Assembly (NCBI RefSeq): GCF_004010195.1
Contig: NC_057757.1
Location: 2,793,546 to 2,853,060, forward strand
Origin: Chiloscyllium plagiosum
Taxonomy: Eukaryota
DNA: 59,515 bases
Reading direction: 5' to 3'
Shown here: positions 1-11,799 of the stretch, in pieces
Position numbering within the stretch: position 1 is the stretch's first letter
Layout: the number at the start of each line of letters is the position of its first letter
The notes under the pieces: generated by a model
Databases searched by the model: none
Seen by the model: the letters and a program-made list of their open reading frames with translations, nothing else
Told to the model about the DNA's origin: nothing
Position numbers and translations under genes: made by a program

Positions 1-298
1 TTTTTGAGAGAGAGAGAATGTGTGTGTGTGAGAGAAAGTGTGTGTGTGAGAGAGAATGTGTGTGTGTGAGAGAGGATGAGTGTGTGTGTGAGTGTGAGAG
101 AGGATGAGTGTGAGAGTGTGTGAGTGTGAGACCATGTGTGAGTATGGGAGAGTGTGTGAGTGTGAGAGTGTGTGTTTGTGTGAGAGTGTGAGTGTGAGAG
201 AGCGTATGTGTGTGAAAGAATGTGTGTGTGTGTGTGTGAGAGTGCGTGTGTGAGAGAGAACATGTGTGAGTGTGAGAGAGAGCGTGTGTGAGTGTGAG
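1..298. repeat. Compound (TG)n/(GA)n microsatellite
   Basis: Almost entirely TG and GA dinucleotide runs. Confidence 0.95.
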
Positions 299-956
299 TA
301 CATGCTCTCAGTGAGCACCACACCATTCCACCCATTACACTACAGGAGTATACATTGCCAGCCTGTGACCAAGCCTCTGGCTGGGAGAGTGTGTCCGGAT
401 GATCCCAGGAACCTCACTGCACTGTCACGTGAGGTTACAGCGGAACAGGTCTGGCAAGAACTCCTCCTTAACCTCAGTGACCGATCCACCCTCCTCCCCT
501 CCCTCCCACCATGACATGAAGACCCCTCTGCCAGAGGTCAGCAACTCAATGACCCCGAGGTTCCCCAAACGTCCTCCAGCCAAACCCACCCATCCACAGT
601 ATTGCTCCCAATTCTCCATTCCCAAAGCCCTCCAAATCTTACAATACTCTGCTCTGAAAATGCTCCACGTTCCCCCATTCTGACACATCCCCTTGCACAT
701 CCTTAATGCCCAACTTCCTGATGACCTTCGGGGACAGCCCCAGCCCCTTCACGATTGAGGTGGTTTTCCAGGGCTCGGGAATAAATCCCTCCTGCTCTCC
801 GCTATCCTGAAATCGGCAGGTTCGGAAACTGCTGAGGAGAAAGGAAATCAGGGGTTTCTGTCCAGATTTACCGGGGAGCTCGGGAGAGAAACACACTTCA
901 AAGGTCAGGGTTAACTGAGCAATTTTACTGGAAGGTTTTCCATCCTATTGTAACCC

Positions 957-1334
957 CGGCAGAAAACTAGCCACCAGGATACATGGACACCAACTAACCA
1001 CAAAACGACATGACCCTCTCTCATGAGTATCCTTACATACAGATGAGGAAGGACGCCACTTCGACTGGGACACAAATCCATCCTAGGACAAGCCAAACAG
1101 AGACACGCACGAGAATTCCTAGAATCATGGCATTCCAACCGGAACTCTATCGACAAACACATTGAGTTAGACCCCATCTACCACCCCCGAGAGAAAAAGA
1201 ACAGGAAATGACATCACCAACCCAAGGAAACCTAAAAAGCGTTTCATCCAGAGGCTCACTGATGATGTAACCTAGTATGGTGACGAAACGTCTGAAAACG
1301 AACCTTCCAGCTCAGCGAGCAAACCTACATCCAT
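957..1334 (+). mobile_element. Penelope-like retroelement 3' fragment (GIY-YIG endonuclease C-terminus plus tail)
   Basis: Translates, with a stop and a frameshift, to GRKLATRIHGHQLTTKRHDPLS*VSLHTDEEGRHFDWD...ILGQAKQRHAREFLESWHS...KHIELDPIY. The tail carries CTGATGA..GAAAC. Confidence 0.85.
1256..1295 (+). ncRNA. Minimal type-I hammerhead ribozyme motif in the Penelope tail
   Basis: TCA-CTGATGA-T-GTAACC-tagtat-GGTGAC-GAAAC-GTC-TGA: core boxes, stem II with one mismatch, palindromic ACGT stem III, GUC triplet, 3-bp stem I. Confidence 0.65.
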
Positions 1335-1565
1335 GGTCGAGACACTTTGGAGTGCCGCAGAAGGGCGACAGGTGGTCGCGTTTAAGCCCCTGAGTGATTT
1401 GGGAGGCTGGATGAGTCACGTAAAGGACGTTGGTGAGGCCTGTACTAGAGAACTGTCTCCACTTCTGGTCACCCTGTGACAGGAAGGTCATTATTAAACT
1501 GGAGAGGGTTCAGAAGAGATTTATCGGGATGTTGCCAGGACTGGAGAGTTTGGGTTCTTAGAAGC

Positions 1566-2148
1566 TCATAGATTCCCTACGGTGTGGAAACAGGCCGTTC
1601 AGCCCAACAAGTCCACACCGACCCTCCAGAGAGTAACCCACCCGGACCCATTCCCCTACCCTAATACTCTACATTTACCCCTGACTAATGTACCGAACCT
1701 ACACACCCCTGAACACAGAACATTCCAGTGCAGTACAGGCCCTTCGGCCCTCGATGTTGTGCTGAGCTGTGGAACCAAACTGAAGCCCATCTAACCGACA
1801 CGATTCCATTCTCGCCCATATGGCTACCCAATCAAATGCCCTTAAAGTTGGCGAGTCTACTGTTGCAGGCAGGGCGTTCCACACCCCTATTACCCTCTGA
1901 GTAAACAACCGACCTCTGATATCTGTCCTATATCTATCACCCCTCAGTTTTTAAGCTATATCCCCTCGTGTTAACCTTCACAATCTGAGGAAAAACGCTC
2001 TCACTGTCCGCCCTCTCTAACCTTTTGATTATCTTGTATAATCACGGGGAGAATGTGCAAACTCCACACAGACAGTCCCCCGAGGCTGGAAGTGAACCTG
2101 GCACCCTGGGCGCATGAGGCAGCAGAGCTAATCACTGAGTCACCCCAT
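1566..2148 (-). mobile_element. HE1/V-SINE interrupted by a LINE 3'-end fragment (~1715-2040), nested in a CR1 fragment
   Basis: SINE tail (agattccctac..gtggaaacaggcc) and head/V-domain (gggagaatgtgcaaactccacacagacag) are separated by a gaacattccagtgcagtacaggcccttcggccc LINE tail. Confidence 0.7.
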
Positions 2149-2237
2149 TATAAAGAGAAGCTTGATAGGCTGGCACCACATTTTTCTTAGAGAGTAGGAG
2201 GTTAAGGGGTTAATATACAAAGGTTTATAAAATCATC

Positions 2238-2970
2238 ACTTGCACATTCTCCCCGTGTCTGTGTGGGTTTCCTCCGGGTGCTCCAGTTTCCTCCCACAGT
2301 CCAAATGTGTACAGGTTAGGGTGGATTGGCCATGCTAAATTGTTCCATAATGTCCAGGGATGTGCAGGTTAGGGTGGATTGGCCGTGCTAAATTGTTCCA
2401 TAGTGTCCAGGGATGTGCAGGTTAGGGTGGATTGGCCGTGCTAAATTGTCCCATAGTGCCCAGGGATGTGCAGGTTAGGGTGGATTGGCCGTGCTAAATT
2501 GTCCCATAGTGCCCAGGGATGTGCAGGTTAGGGTGGATTGGCCGTGCTAAATTGTCCCATAGTGCCCAGGGATGTGCAGGTTAGGGTGGATTGGCCGTGC
2601 TAAATTGTCCCATAGTGCCCAGGGATGTGCAGGTTAGGGTGGATTGGCCGTGCTAAATTGTTCCATAATGTCCAGGGATGTGCAGGTTAGGGTGGATTGG
2701 CCATGCTAAATTGTTCCATAATGTCCAGGGATGTGCAGGTTAGGGTGGATTGGCCGTGCTAAATTGTTCCATAGTGTCCAGGGATGTGCAGGTTAGGGTG
2801 GATTGGCCGTGCTAAATTGTCCCATAGTGCCCAGGGATGTGCAGGTTAGGGTGGAAAGGCCATGGGAAATGCAGGGTTATTGGGATAGGGTAGGGGAGTG
2901 GGATGCTCTTTGGAGTGGCCGGCCTGGACATGATGGGTCGAATGGCCTGCTTCTGCACTGTCGGGATTGT
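2238..2970 (+). mobile_element. HE1/V-SINE containing ~11 tandem 53-bp units (~2305-2860)
   Basis: V-domain ttgcacattctccccgtgtctg..gggtttcctccgggtgctcc, followed by AGGGATGTGCAGGTTAGGGTGGATTGGCCGTGCTAAATTGTCCCATAGTGCCC at 53-bp spacing (GGTTAGGG at 2473, 2526, 2579). Confidence 0.9.
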
Positions 2971-2974
2971 ATGA

Positions 2975-3290
2975 TTCTATGAAGGGCATGGATAGCGTGA
3001 ATAGTCAAGGTGTTTTCTGTGGAGCGGGGTTCAAGGTGCGAGGGGAAAGGGACCCGAGAGCGATCTGTGTCACACAGAGGGTGGTACGTGTATGGAATGA
3101 GCTGCCAGAGGAAGTGGTGGAGGCTGGTACAATTGCAACATTTGAGAGGCATTTGGATGGGTATATGAATAGGAAGGGTTTGGAGGGATATGGGCCGGGT
3201 GCTGGCAGGTGGGACTAGATTGGGTTGGGATATCTGGTCGGCATGGACGGGTTGGGCCGAAGGGTCTGTGTACATGCTGTTTGACTCTCG
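2975..3290 (+). mobile_element. CR1 LINE 3' end
   Basis: ORF2 C-terminus TQRVVRVWNELPEEVVEAGTIATFERHLDGYM plus 3'UTR. Confidence 0.9.
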
Positions 3291-4685
3291 TGCTGGATGG
3301 GGTGGGGTGAGGTGGGCAAAACGAGGACGGGAACCATTCCCCGCCCCCCCCGGGTCATTGGCATTCGGAATTCTCTCCCTCACCACCCTCGCCTGCCCAG
3401 GTTACTTTCAAGGTAAATTTTGTTTTGATGATGAGGGGGGGGGTGGGGAAATGTCTCGACTGATCGGAAGGGGATGTCACAGGCCGTGAGGGAGGCCGCA
3501 ATCTGATGGTTTTATGGAACGGGGTAGCAGCCCTCAATGGGCTGAACAGCCTGCTCGTGATCTTCTCATAGCGACTTTCCCTTCCTCCTCAACCTTTCCG
3601 AGTTGGAGAGATGACTATCGCCCCAGGGCTGAAGAACGGGTCGCTGCCTTACTGCTTTAACAAGGGTCCGACTACACAGGAGAATAGTAAGCCCAGAGCC
3701 CGGGGGGGAAGCATCTCAGGAATCGGATTAGCGCGACTCAACTCGGTACCGCGTCTCCTCCTGCCCACACCCGGACCCACTCCTGTGTGTAACCTCTCCA
3801 GCTCTCCTGCAGAATGTCTCTGACCCTCCCTCTCAAGCCCTCCCTCCGAAACAGTCTTCCTACAAAGGGGGCATTCCTGGAATAAAAGACATGGAACAAA
3901 CCAGACCAGGGAGCTATCAACCAACCTGGGATTTGAACTTTCCCCTCAGGTCGCAATCTCTCACGTCTCCCTGAGGCTGCAGTCGCTCAATGAAAGCTCA
4001 GGTTGACTCAGACTGACCTGTTGCAGAATCCGAGAGTGTTCTCTCTCTCTCTCTCTCTCTCTCCCCGCCTCTCTAACAGGGCAGCGCTGACGGTCTCTCT
4101 CTATCGATCATCCCCCTCTCTGGTGCAATCTTCCACAAACTGTGTTTATTCCGAGCCAAGCCTGGCTCCCGAACCAATCAGCCCCAGCTTCCTGGTGTTC
4201 ATTCCAAACAGACGAAACTGAATTGAGCTGAACCAGATTGTTAACCCTTTGAGAACACTTTCATCAGTGTCCTGACAGTCATCTAATCACTTCCATTTCT
4301 GACTCAGTGGTTGGCACAGCTGCCTCACACAGTACTATTCCACCCCAGGGCGACTGTCTGTGGGGGGTTTGCACATTCTCCCTGTGTTTGCTCCAGGGAT
4401 GTGCAGGTTAGGGTGGATTGGCCGTGCTAAATTGTCCCATAGTCCCCAGGGATGTGCAGGTTAGGGTGGATTGGCCTGTGCTAAATTGCCCATAGTGCCC
4501 AGGGATGTGCAGGTTAGGGGGGATTGGTCGTCGTTTATAGATTCCACGGGTGGGTGGGGGTGCTGTAAACCACTCAACATCGCAACTCAAGGACTGAGCT
4601 CGTTTCTTCTGTTCACAGGACGTGGGTCCAGCATTTATTGCCTGTCCCTAGTTGCTCCTTGAGGTGGTGTTGGGGAGACACCTTA

Positions 4686-5092
4686 GAGATGTACTGCACG
4701 GAAACAGACCCTCCACTCCAGATCGTCCATGCTGACCAGATATCCTAACCTAATCTAGTCCCATTTGCCAACATTTGGCCCATATCCTTCTAAATCCTTC
4801 CTATTCATATACCCAGTCACACGCCTTTTAAATATTGTCATTGTACCAGCCTCCATCACTTCCTCGAGCAGCTCATCCCATACACGCTCCACCCTCTTTG
4901 AGAAAATGTTGCCCCTTTTAAATCTTCTCCCCCCTCACCTTAAACCTATGCCCCCTCTAGTTTTGGATTCCCCCCATCCCAGGGAAAAGACCTTTGTCTA
5001 TTTACCCTACCCCTGCCCCTCATGGTTTTACAAACCCTGATAAGGTCACCTCTCAGCCTCTGTCACTCCAGGGGCAACTGCCCCAGCCTGTC
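4686..5092 (-). mobile_element. CR1 LINE 3' end
   Basis: Reverse complement of the CR1 tail seen at 2975 and 31620. Confidence 0.85.
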
Positions 5093-6239
5093 CCTCAACT
5101 ATTTTCATTGAAATAGTGACTGTGGCATCCTTCACCTGAGGGGGGGGCAGGTTGATGGCACATCCAAAAGGTGGCCTCTCCGGCTGTTCTGTTGGGAGCA
5201 ATATTAAATGATTTTTGATTTCTTCTGTCGCTGGGGAGAGGGGGTTCGAACCCAGGGGCTTTTGCTTTCAGAGACAGTTTGTGAGCTGGGTGAGGAGGGA
5301 GCTATTGAGTCAGTCCATCAGAAATAGCTCACGTAGGAGTTCACCGGGCACTCCCCGATTCTGAAAGACTTGATTGTTTGCCTGCCTGAAATACCTCCGG
5401 CGAGCGTAAATACCGCCACACCCATCGAGTACTGCTCTGGGATCAGGCACCTAGAAGCCACAGGCAATGGCTCAGTTGGGAAGGGGGATAAGTTTTGGTG
5501 GGTGGGGGGAGTTCCTCCAGGAATCGCGTTGGGTTGAGGAAGTCACGTTGGTTGCTGAACCTCTCAATCGTTAACGGAACTACCGAGTCAAGGACACCTC
5601 ACCAAAGCCTTGGGCTTGTTTGGGGGAGGAGTAAAGTCGCCCTGAGCCCTTGCTCGTTCTCATGGAGATGCTGACATCTCTCCATAGCATCTGAAGTGTG
5701 ATGTAACCCACCTTCATAACAGGGGAGCGAGACCGCGGGTTTTAATGATTAGCCACAATTAAATCTCACATTGCCCTCAGGATAATCAGTGTGCGGCTGA
5801 CTCATTCCTCTCTTGGTAAGGTAGGAATGTAAGCATTTGTACGGAGGTGGGTGCAGCAATTCAAATCCTCGCACCCGCATTCGTACGTGTTTCCAGTTGG
5901 CTTGAGACACTCCAGGAGAATTGGGCACAGGAGATTTGCCAGTGGTCCCTATCTCTTGGGAGTCTGTCCAGTTTCTCCTTTGTAGGTTTCGGCTCTTCCG
6001 TCTTGGTGCTGTCAAGCCAAGTCAAGTCTCCTCCAATAAGGTGTCACAGATGGGGAGGTCAGGAGGCAATATCGTTACATGGGTACAGGGTCGGTTAGCC
6101 AACGGGGAGCAGAGAATGGGAAGCAATTCCATGAGGCTAAGTCCGTGGGAACTAAGCTTGCCAGGAGCGTCGAGCCCAGTTGGAGGGTAAACGGGCAACA
6201 ACTTTGCCTCGGAGGGGGGGGCGAAACGGAGCAAGTTTG

Positions 6240-6630
6240 GCCAATCCTCTTCAGTTTAGAGGAATCGGAGGAGATTGAATTGAGATCTTTAAGGTGCTAA
6301 TTGCCAAAGTCAACGCAGACAGGACATTCTTTCTCTCCCCCCCCCCCCCCCCCCCCCCACGGTCTAGAATGGGAGGTCACGGATTTAGGACAAGGGGCGG
6401 CAAACTTAAAAACAGATGGAATTACCTCTCTCAAAGGCTGGCGGGTCTGTGGAACTCACACCCAGAGGGTGCGCTGGATGCTGAGACACCGAGTAAACCT
6501 AAGGAGGGGACCATTTTCAAATCAGTAATGGGTTCAAGGGGCCAGGCAGGAAAGTGGAGTTGAGGCTGAGATGAGATCAGCACATTAAACGGTGGAGCAG
6601 GCTAGAGGGGCTGAATGGCCCTGAACTCCT
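6240..6630 (+). mobile_element. Degenerate CR1-type LINE 3' end
   Basis: SQRLAGLWNSHPEGALDAET motif and aggggctgaatggcc tail. Confidence 0.6.
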
Positions 6631-6831
6631 AGATCTTAGGTAGAGAATTTCCCAAAACGGGTAGGCAGGAAAAATAGAAAAAGCTGAGNNNNNNNNNNNN
6701 NNNNNNNNNNNNNNNNNNNNNNNNNNNNNNNNNNNNNNNNNNNNNNNNNNNNNNNNNNNNNNNNNNNNNNNNNNNNNNNNNNNNNNNNNNNNNNNNNNNN
6801 NNNNNNNNNNNNNNNNNNNNNNNNNNNNNNN

Positions 6832-6996
6832 GAGATGTAGAGAGAGAGAGAAAGGGAAGTAGAGAGAGAGAGAGAAGGAGAGAGAGAGAGAAGGGGGGAG
6901 AGAGAGAGAAGGGGGGAGAGAGAGAGAAGGGGGGAGAGAGAGGAAGAAAGGGGGAGAGAGAAAGGGGACAGAGAGAGAGAGAGAGGGAGAGAGAGA
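6832..6996. repeat. GA-rich low-complexity repeat next to an N gap
   Basis: (GA)n with G runs. Confidence 0.9.
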
Positions 6997-7429
6997 TTGC
7001 AGAACTCTATTGTACAGGATGGTCTGCTGTGTGAGGCAGTAACAGCGGGTGATTAGGGAGACAACTGAAAGGGTGCCACTTGGTGGAGTTGAATATAAAA
7101 GTATGGAGGGTTTGCCAAGAGGTGAAACCACACCAGGAGGTTTGGACGCCTTCTCTCGAGAAGACATTTTCAATGCACCGAGGGAGTCAAGGAGCACGAT
7201 GTGCACCGACAGTAAAGTCAGGGTTAAAACTGTAACCACATCTCCATGAACACAGTCATTCAAACCTCCCACATCCTAAAGCTCCTCTATGACCTTCCTC
7301 GTTCCTTCATTTGTCCCAAAACCTCTCCCACGGGTCTCGGAGCAACTATCCAAAACTTGCCTGTCATTCCTTCCAGCCATGGATTTGGACCGAAGAGAGA
7401 ATTGAGATGGCTGGGCGAGGAGACAGGAC

Positions 7430-7960
7430 AGTACAGTCATACAGCAGGGAAACAGTCTGTGCCGACTCAGTGCTCCTGGCACGTATCCCTCCAACCCTAT
7501 CCTGTTCATGAACTTAGATGGAAATGTGTTCCTGAAGAAGGGCTAATGCCCGAAACGTCGATTCTCCTGTTCCCTAGATGCTGCCTGACCTGCTGCGCTT
7601 CTCCAGCAACACATTTCCATCTCTGATCTCCAGACCTCATTTTCTGTTCATGAACTTACCCAAATGTCTTTTAAACGGTGTATAATTGTACCCACATCCA
7701 ACACTTCCTCAGGAAGTTCATTCCACACCCTCTGAGTAAAAAAAAAAATTGCCCCTCCGTCTTTAAATCTTTCATCTTGAAATCCCCCCCCTATCTGAGG
7801 AAAAAGACCCCCGCTATTCACCTTATCCATGCCCCTCATGATTTTGTAAACCTCCATGAGGTCACCTCTCCTATGCTCCAGTGAAACAAATCCCAGCCTC
7901 TCCTAATAACCCAAACCTGGCTCTGCCCTGGTAACTCTCTTCTGAACCCTCTCTCAACTC
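7430..7960 (-). mobile_element. CR1 3' fragment interrupted by a Penelope-type tail (~7528-7635, +)
   Basis: CR1 FFTQRVWNELPEEV on the minus strand. The insert cctgaagaagggctaatgcccgaaacgtcg.. is flanked by a ctgttcatgaactta direct repeat. Confidence 0.75.
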
Positions 7961-8351
7961 CAGCTCAACCAGATATCTGGCACCACATGAATTCAGGGCT
8001 TTTGCAACCCCTCCCTATTTTCCAGGTCTCTGAAATCTATCTTCAATAAGTTCTGACAAGCCCATCCCTTTGACTAGAGGATTGGGTGCGTGTTGCAGTT
8101 CTGCACGAGGTAGCCGCTGTCAGATTCTCAGGTCAGCATCCCCACACACCACCAGGTGTCCAGCAAACCCTGAGTGGTTTATATAGGTCTCGCCCTGGCA
8201 TTTCCCCCCGATGCTCTCCTCAGTTAGAATGGCACCGAGACAGTAGCCAATCTCAGAGTGGTGGCGGGCAACAGTCACACATCACTACAGCAGCTGCAAA
8301 TGCCAAGGGGCACATTAACACTCCAGTGAAGACGGATTTGATGCAGAGTCA

Positions 8352-8357
8352 TTTATT
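8352..8357 (-). promoter_or_regulatory. Probable taf6 polyadenylation signal
   Basis: First AATAAA seen on the minus strand downstream of the stop, in AU-rich context. Confidence 0.55.
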
Positions 8358-8629
8358 CTTACAAATTAAAACATAAACCAGGAGTAAGGTTTGTGTGATT
8401 CGAGCGATCGGAGAGTATCTAGCCAGAGGCCACGGTCACTCTGCCAGTATGTACACAGGTAACACTGCCCCCAAACCCACCCACCCCTCCCCTGCCCAGC
8501 CTGTACACAGCACAGTGGGGGCAGTGTCACCAACTGTTCAGTCATTGCCAATCCGGGATGAGGGAAATAATCTACCGGACGCCATTCATCACCGGCCACC
8601 AACCTCCCAATCTATACCTCCTGCCCCTC

Positions 8630-9412
8630 TCTCACACACAGGCAGGCAGGTGGACAGACATACACAGGTGCACACACACGCACCTGCACACAAGCAGACA
8701 GACAGGCGCGCGCACACAGACAGACATCCAGGTATATGGACAGGCACACGCACACAGGCAGGCAGGCAGACACACACACACAGAGGCAGGCAGACAGACA
8801 AGCACACGCACTGGCAGAGGCAGACAGACAGGAGCGCGCGCACACAGGCACACACACACACAGGTGCGCACATACATACACAGGCAGACAGGGGCGCACA
8901 TATATACACACAGGCGCACACGCACACACAGGCAGACAGGCGCGCACATACATACACACAGGCGCACGCACACAGGCAGACAGGCGTGCACATACATACA
9001 CACAGGCGCACGCACACAGGCAGACAGGCGCGCACATACATACACACAGACGCATGCGCACAGACAGGCAGACAGGCGCGCACATACATACACAGACAGG
9101 CAGACAGGCGCGCACATACATACACAGACAGGCAGACAGGCGCGCATATACACACAGACGCATGCGCACACACAGGCAGACAGACGCGCACATACATACA
9201 CAGACAGGCGCGTATATACATACACACAGGCAGACAGACGCGCACATACATACACAGACAGGCGCGTATATACATACACACACAGGCAGACAGGCGCGCA
9301 CATACATACACACAGGCGCACACACAGGCAGACAGGCGCGCACATACATACGCACAGGCAGACAGGCGCACGCACACACAGGCAGACAGGCACACACACA
9401 GGCAGGCAGAGT
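8630..9412. repeat. Complex CA/CAGA/CAGG minisatellite in the presumptive taf6 3' UTR
   Basis: Repeats of caggcagacaggcgcgcacatacatacaca with variants. Confidence 0.9.
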
Positions 9413-9683
9413 GGGTAACTGGGATTGGCAGCTTCATTTTCCTCCCAATGTGGACCCGCTCCCCTCAGACCCACGTGCAGCTTGGAGATTCCCTCACTGC
9501 TCCCATCGGCATTGCCGCCCACTCCTCCTCAGTCAGCGCTGAGGGAGGGGCAAGAGAGAGAGAGAGAAGCTGCCGGGGGGAGCAGACAGAGGCGAGTCTG
9601 TCACGTCAGTGGGGAGACAGGCAAACCATTGCTTTGTTGCCTTCTTCCCCCGTCTCCCCCACAATGCTCCCTCCCTCCCTCCC

Positions 9684-9911
9684 TCACTTGGGCGAGTGCT
9701 GTTGTAAGGAGTTGTTACTGGACTGGCTCTTGCTTTCTGACGTGGAGGGCAGCGACACCACTATGTATTTCTGGGTGCTGCCAGTCACTGTGCTGCTGGG
9801 CGCAGTCTGAGAGGTAGACACCAGCTTGACGATCGGCTGAATGCTGGCCACCGTGGTGGTGACCGGTGACGTACTGCCTGTCCCACATGGAGTTGTCCTC
9901 AGTGTGATCAC
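9684..9911 (-). CDS. taf6: TAF6 terminal coding exon (VITLRTT...[11 protein letters not shown]...QKYIVVSLP...SPK*)
   Basis: Matches the vertebrate TAF6 C-terminus ([24 protein letters not shown]). Acceptor cccctcag at 9912-9914. TGA at 9684-9686. Confidence 0.9.
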   Translation of the reverse strand: MITLRTTPCGTGSTSPVTTTVASIQPIVKLVSTSQTAPSSTVTGSTQKYIVVSLPSTSESKSQSSNNSLQQHSPK

Positions 9912-10435
9912 CTGAGGGGGGGGAAAGCAAGGAGACAGAAAGGTAAACCCTCTTGTTGCTCCTGTATTAGGCTGCAACGATCAGGTAGCATCGGTGGAGA
10001 CAGAAACACTTTCAAGGCTGCTTTGACATCTTCAACGGGCCGACTCTAGGACTCCACGTTAAGCAAGCGAAACTCCGCCACCTCCAACACCCACTGCTGT
10101 GACTCACCGAGACTCTTCCTACACACCTTCTAAATCAAAGAAAGTGTCACCCCAAAGGACAAGGGCAGCAGGCACCTGGGAACACCGCTCCCCAGCTCCC
10201 CCCCTCCCCACGTTCCCCTCACCATTCCGACTCGGAAAGGTACCTTCAATACCGCTGGGACAGAATCCTGCGACTCACTGGTGGCCTCCCGATTTTGAAG
10301 TCCATCGTAAATATGATCATTTGACAGAATTTGATCCTTTTCTCTTCCCCCTGGGGAAGTTTCCGGGGAAGTGGGTGGATATTTCCCAGCCTGAACTACC
10401 CCTCTCGAGGAGGTGGGGAGCTGGCTTCCTGAGTA

Positions 10436-10656
10436 CGGTCGGTTCTGATAATAACGCCATGGTTCTGTTCTCGCGCGATCCCGAAAATCGCGGGATAGCC
10501 GCACCGTTTAAACTAACGGGGGGGGGGGGGGGGAAATCGCGTCAGACTCAACACAAGGTAGGGAAACCTCGCACTTGGCAAAGAACACTTTAACCTCTTC
10601 AGTCGCGTTAAAGCCAACGCGCGCTGAAGAAACGCGGGTTACAGCAGAACCGACTG
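10436..10656. mobile_element. TcMar/Tigger-like MITE
   Basis: Imperfect TIRs CGGTCGGTTCTGATAATAACGC and GCGGGTTACAGCAGAACCGACTG, with TA on the left flank. Confidence 0.65.
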
Positions 10657-10856
10657 CAGCACCTGAGTGGCTTGTTTGGCCTTTCTGAGGGCAGTTAAGA
10701 GTCGACCCCGTCCTCCCCCCAGTGGGTCTGGATCACGCGTAGGTCAGACCTGGTAAGGACGGCAGATTTCCTGCCCCTGAGGAACACCAGGATGGGGATT
10801 TACGCCAAGTGCTAACGGCCGTTCCCAGGGTCGCCGCTCCCCCACGGTCGGCTCAC

Positions 10857-11057
10857 CTGCTGAGTGCTGGGGGAGGTAGAGCTGGAGGACATCACAATGT
10901 AGTTGGTCGGAGATGGGGACGACTGGGTCGGGGTGGATGGCCGGGTGAGCAGGGTCTGCATTGGCAGCGTGATGGAGCTCGGGACCTTGAAGATGCTGGG
11001 ACTGGTGGAGGGCTGCGACGACTGTGGGCTCTGGGAGATCGTCAGCGTGGGTCTTGG
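10857..11057 (-). CDS. taf6: TAF6 penultimate exon, copy B (67 aa)
   Basis: [67 protein letters not shown]. Acceptor ttgttacag, donor CAG|gtgagc, 201 bp, phase 0/0. Confidence 0.85.
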
Positions 11058-11342
11058 CTGTAACAATACACACACAGGAAACATCAAAAACACCGCTGCG
11101 TAGGGAACACTGAGTGGACCGTAAATGCCGCACAACAGGAATCTGACAACAGTCCTTGCTGGGTCAGGGGAGAGTTTTTGATCGATCAGCTGCACCTCCC
11201 CAGATCACTCACTTCCCCAAAGTACAGGCTGCTGCAACACAAACGGACGAGAGCGGTTTCCAAAGCGCAAACTTCTAAAACATGCATTGGCCCGTAGCAC
11301 CATCGCATCGTCAAAATCATGTCCACTGAGCAATTTTTATAC

Positions 11343-11666
11343 AGAGACATAGAAATGTACGCATGGAAACAGACCCTTCGGTCCAACCTGTCCATGCTGA
11401 CCAGATATCCCAACCCAATCTAGTCCCACCTGCCAGCACCCGGCCCATATCCCTCCAAACCCTTCCTATTCATATACCCATCCAAATGCCTCTTAAATGT
11501 TGTAATTGTACCAGCCTCCACCACTTCCTCTGGCAGCTCGTTCCATACACGTACCACCCTGAGGGACATGGATAAGATAATTAGACAAAGTCTTTTCCCT
11601 GGGGCATAGGTTTAGGGTGAGAGGGGCAAGATATAAAAGAGACCAAAAGGGCAACTTTTCTCGCAG
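11343..11666 (-). mobile_element. CR1 3' end with an inverted 5' segment (11560-11666)
   Basis: 11343-11560 is a CR1 tail on the minus strand. 11560-11666 is the immediately preceding CR1 segment on the plus strand. Confidence 0.8.
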
Positions 11667-11799
11667 TGTGAGTTCCGCACAGGAACGCAGCTATCGCGTT
11701 CTGGCAGAGCTGCCTGTACAGAGGGAGTGTCCTCTACTTGTGCACCACTTGTGGTAGGGGCACCCCCCCACTCCACTCCGGACACAGGGATATTCCACA

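Noticed and set aside
8395..9810. Overlapping His/Thr/Gln- and Cys/Val-rich ORFs
   Set aside because: Artefacts of the CA-type repeat, open on both strands.
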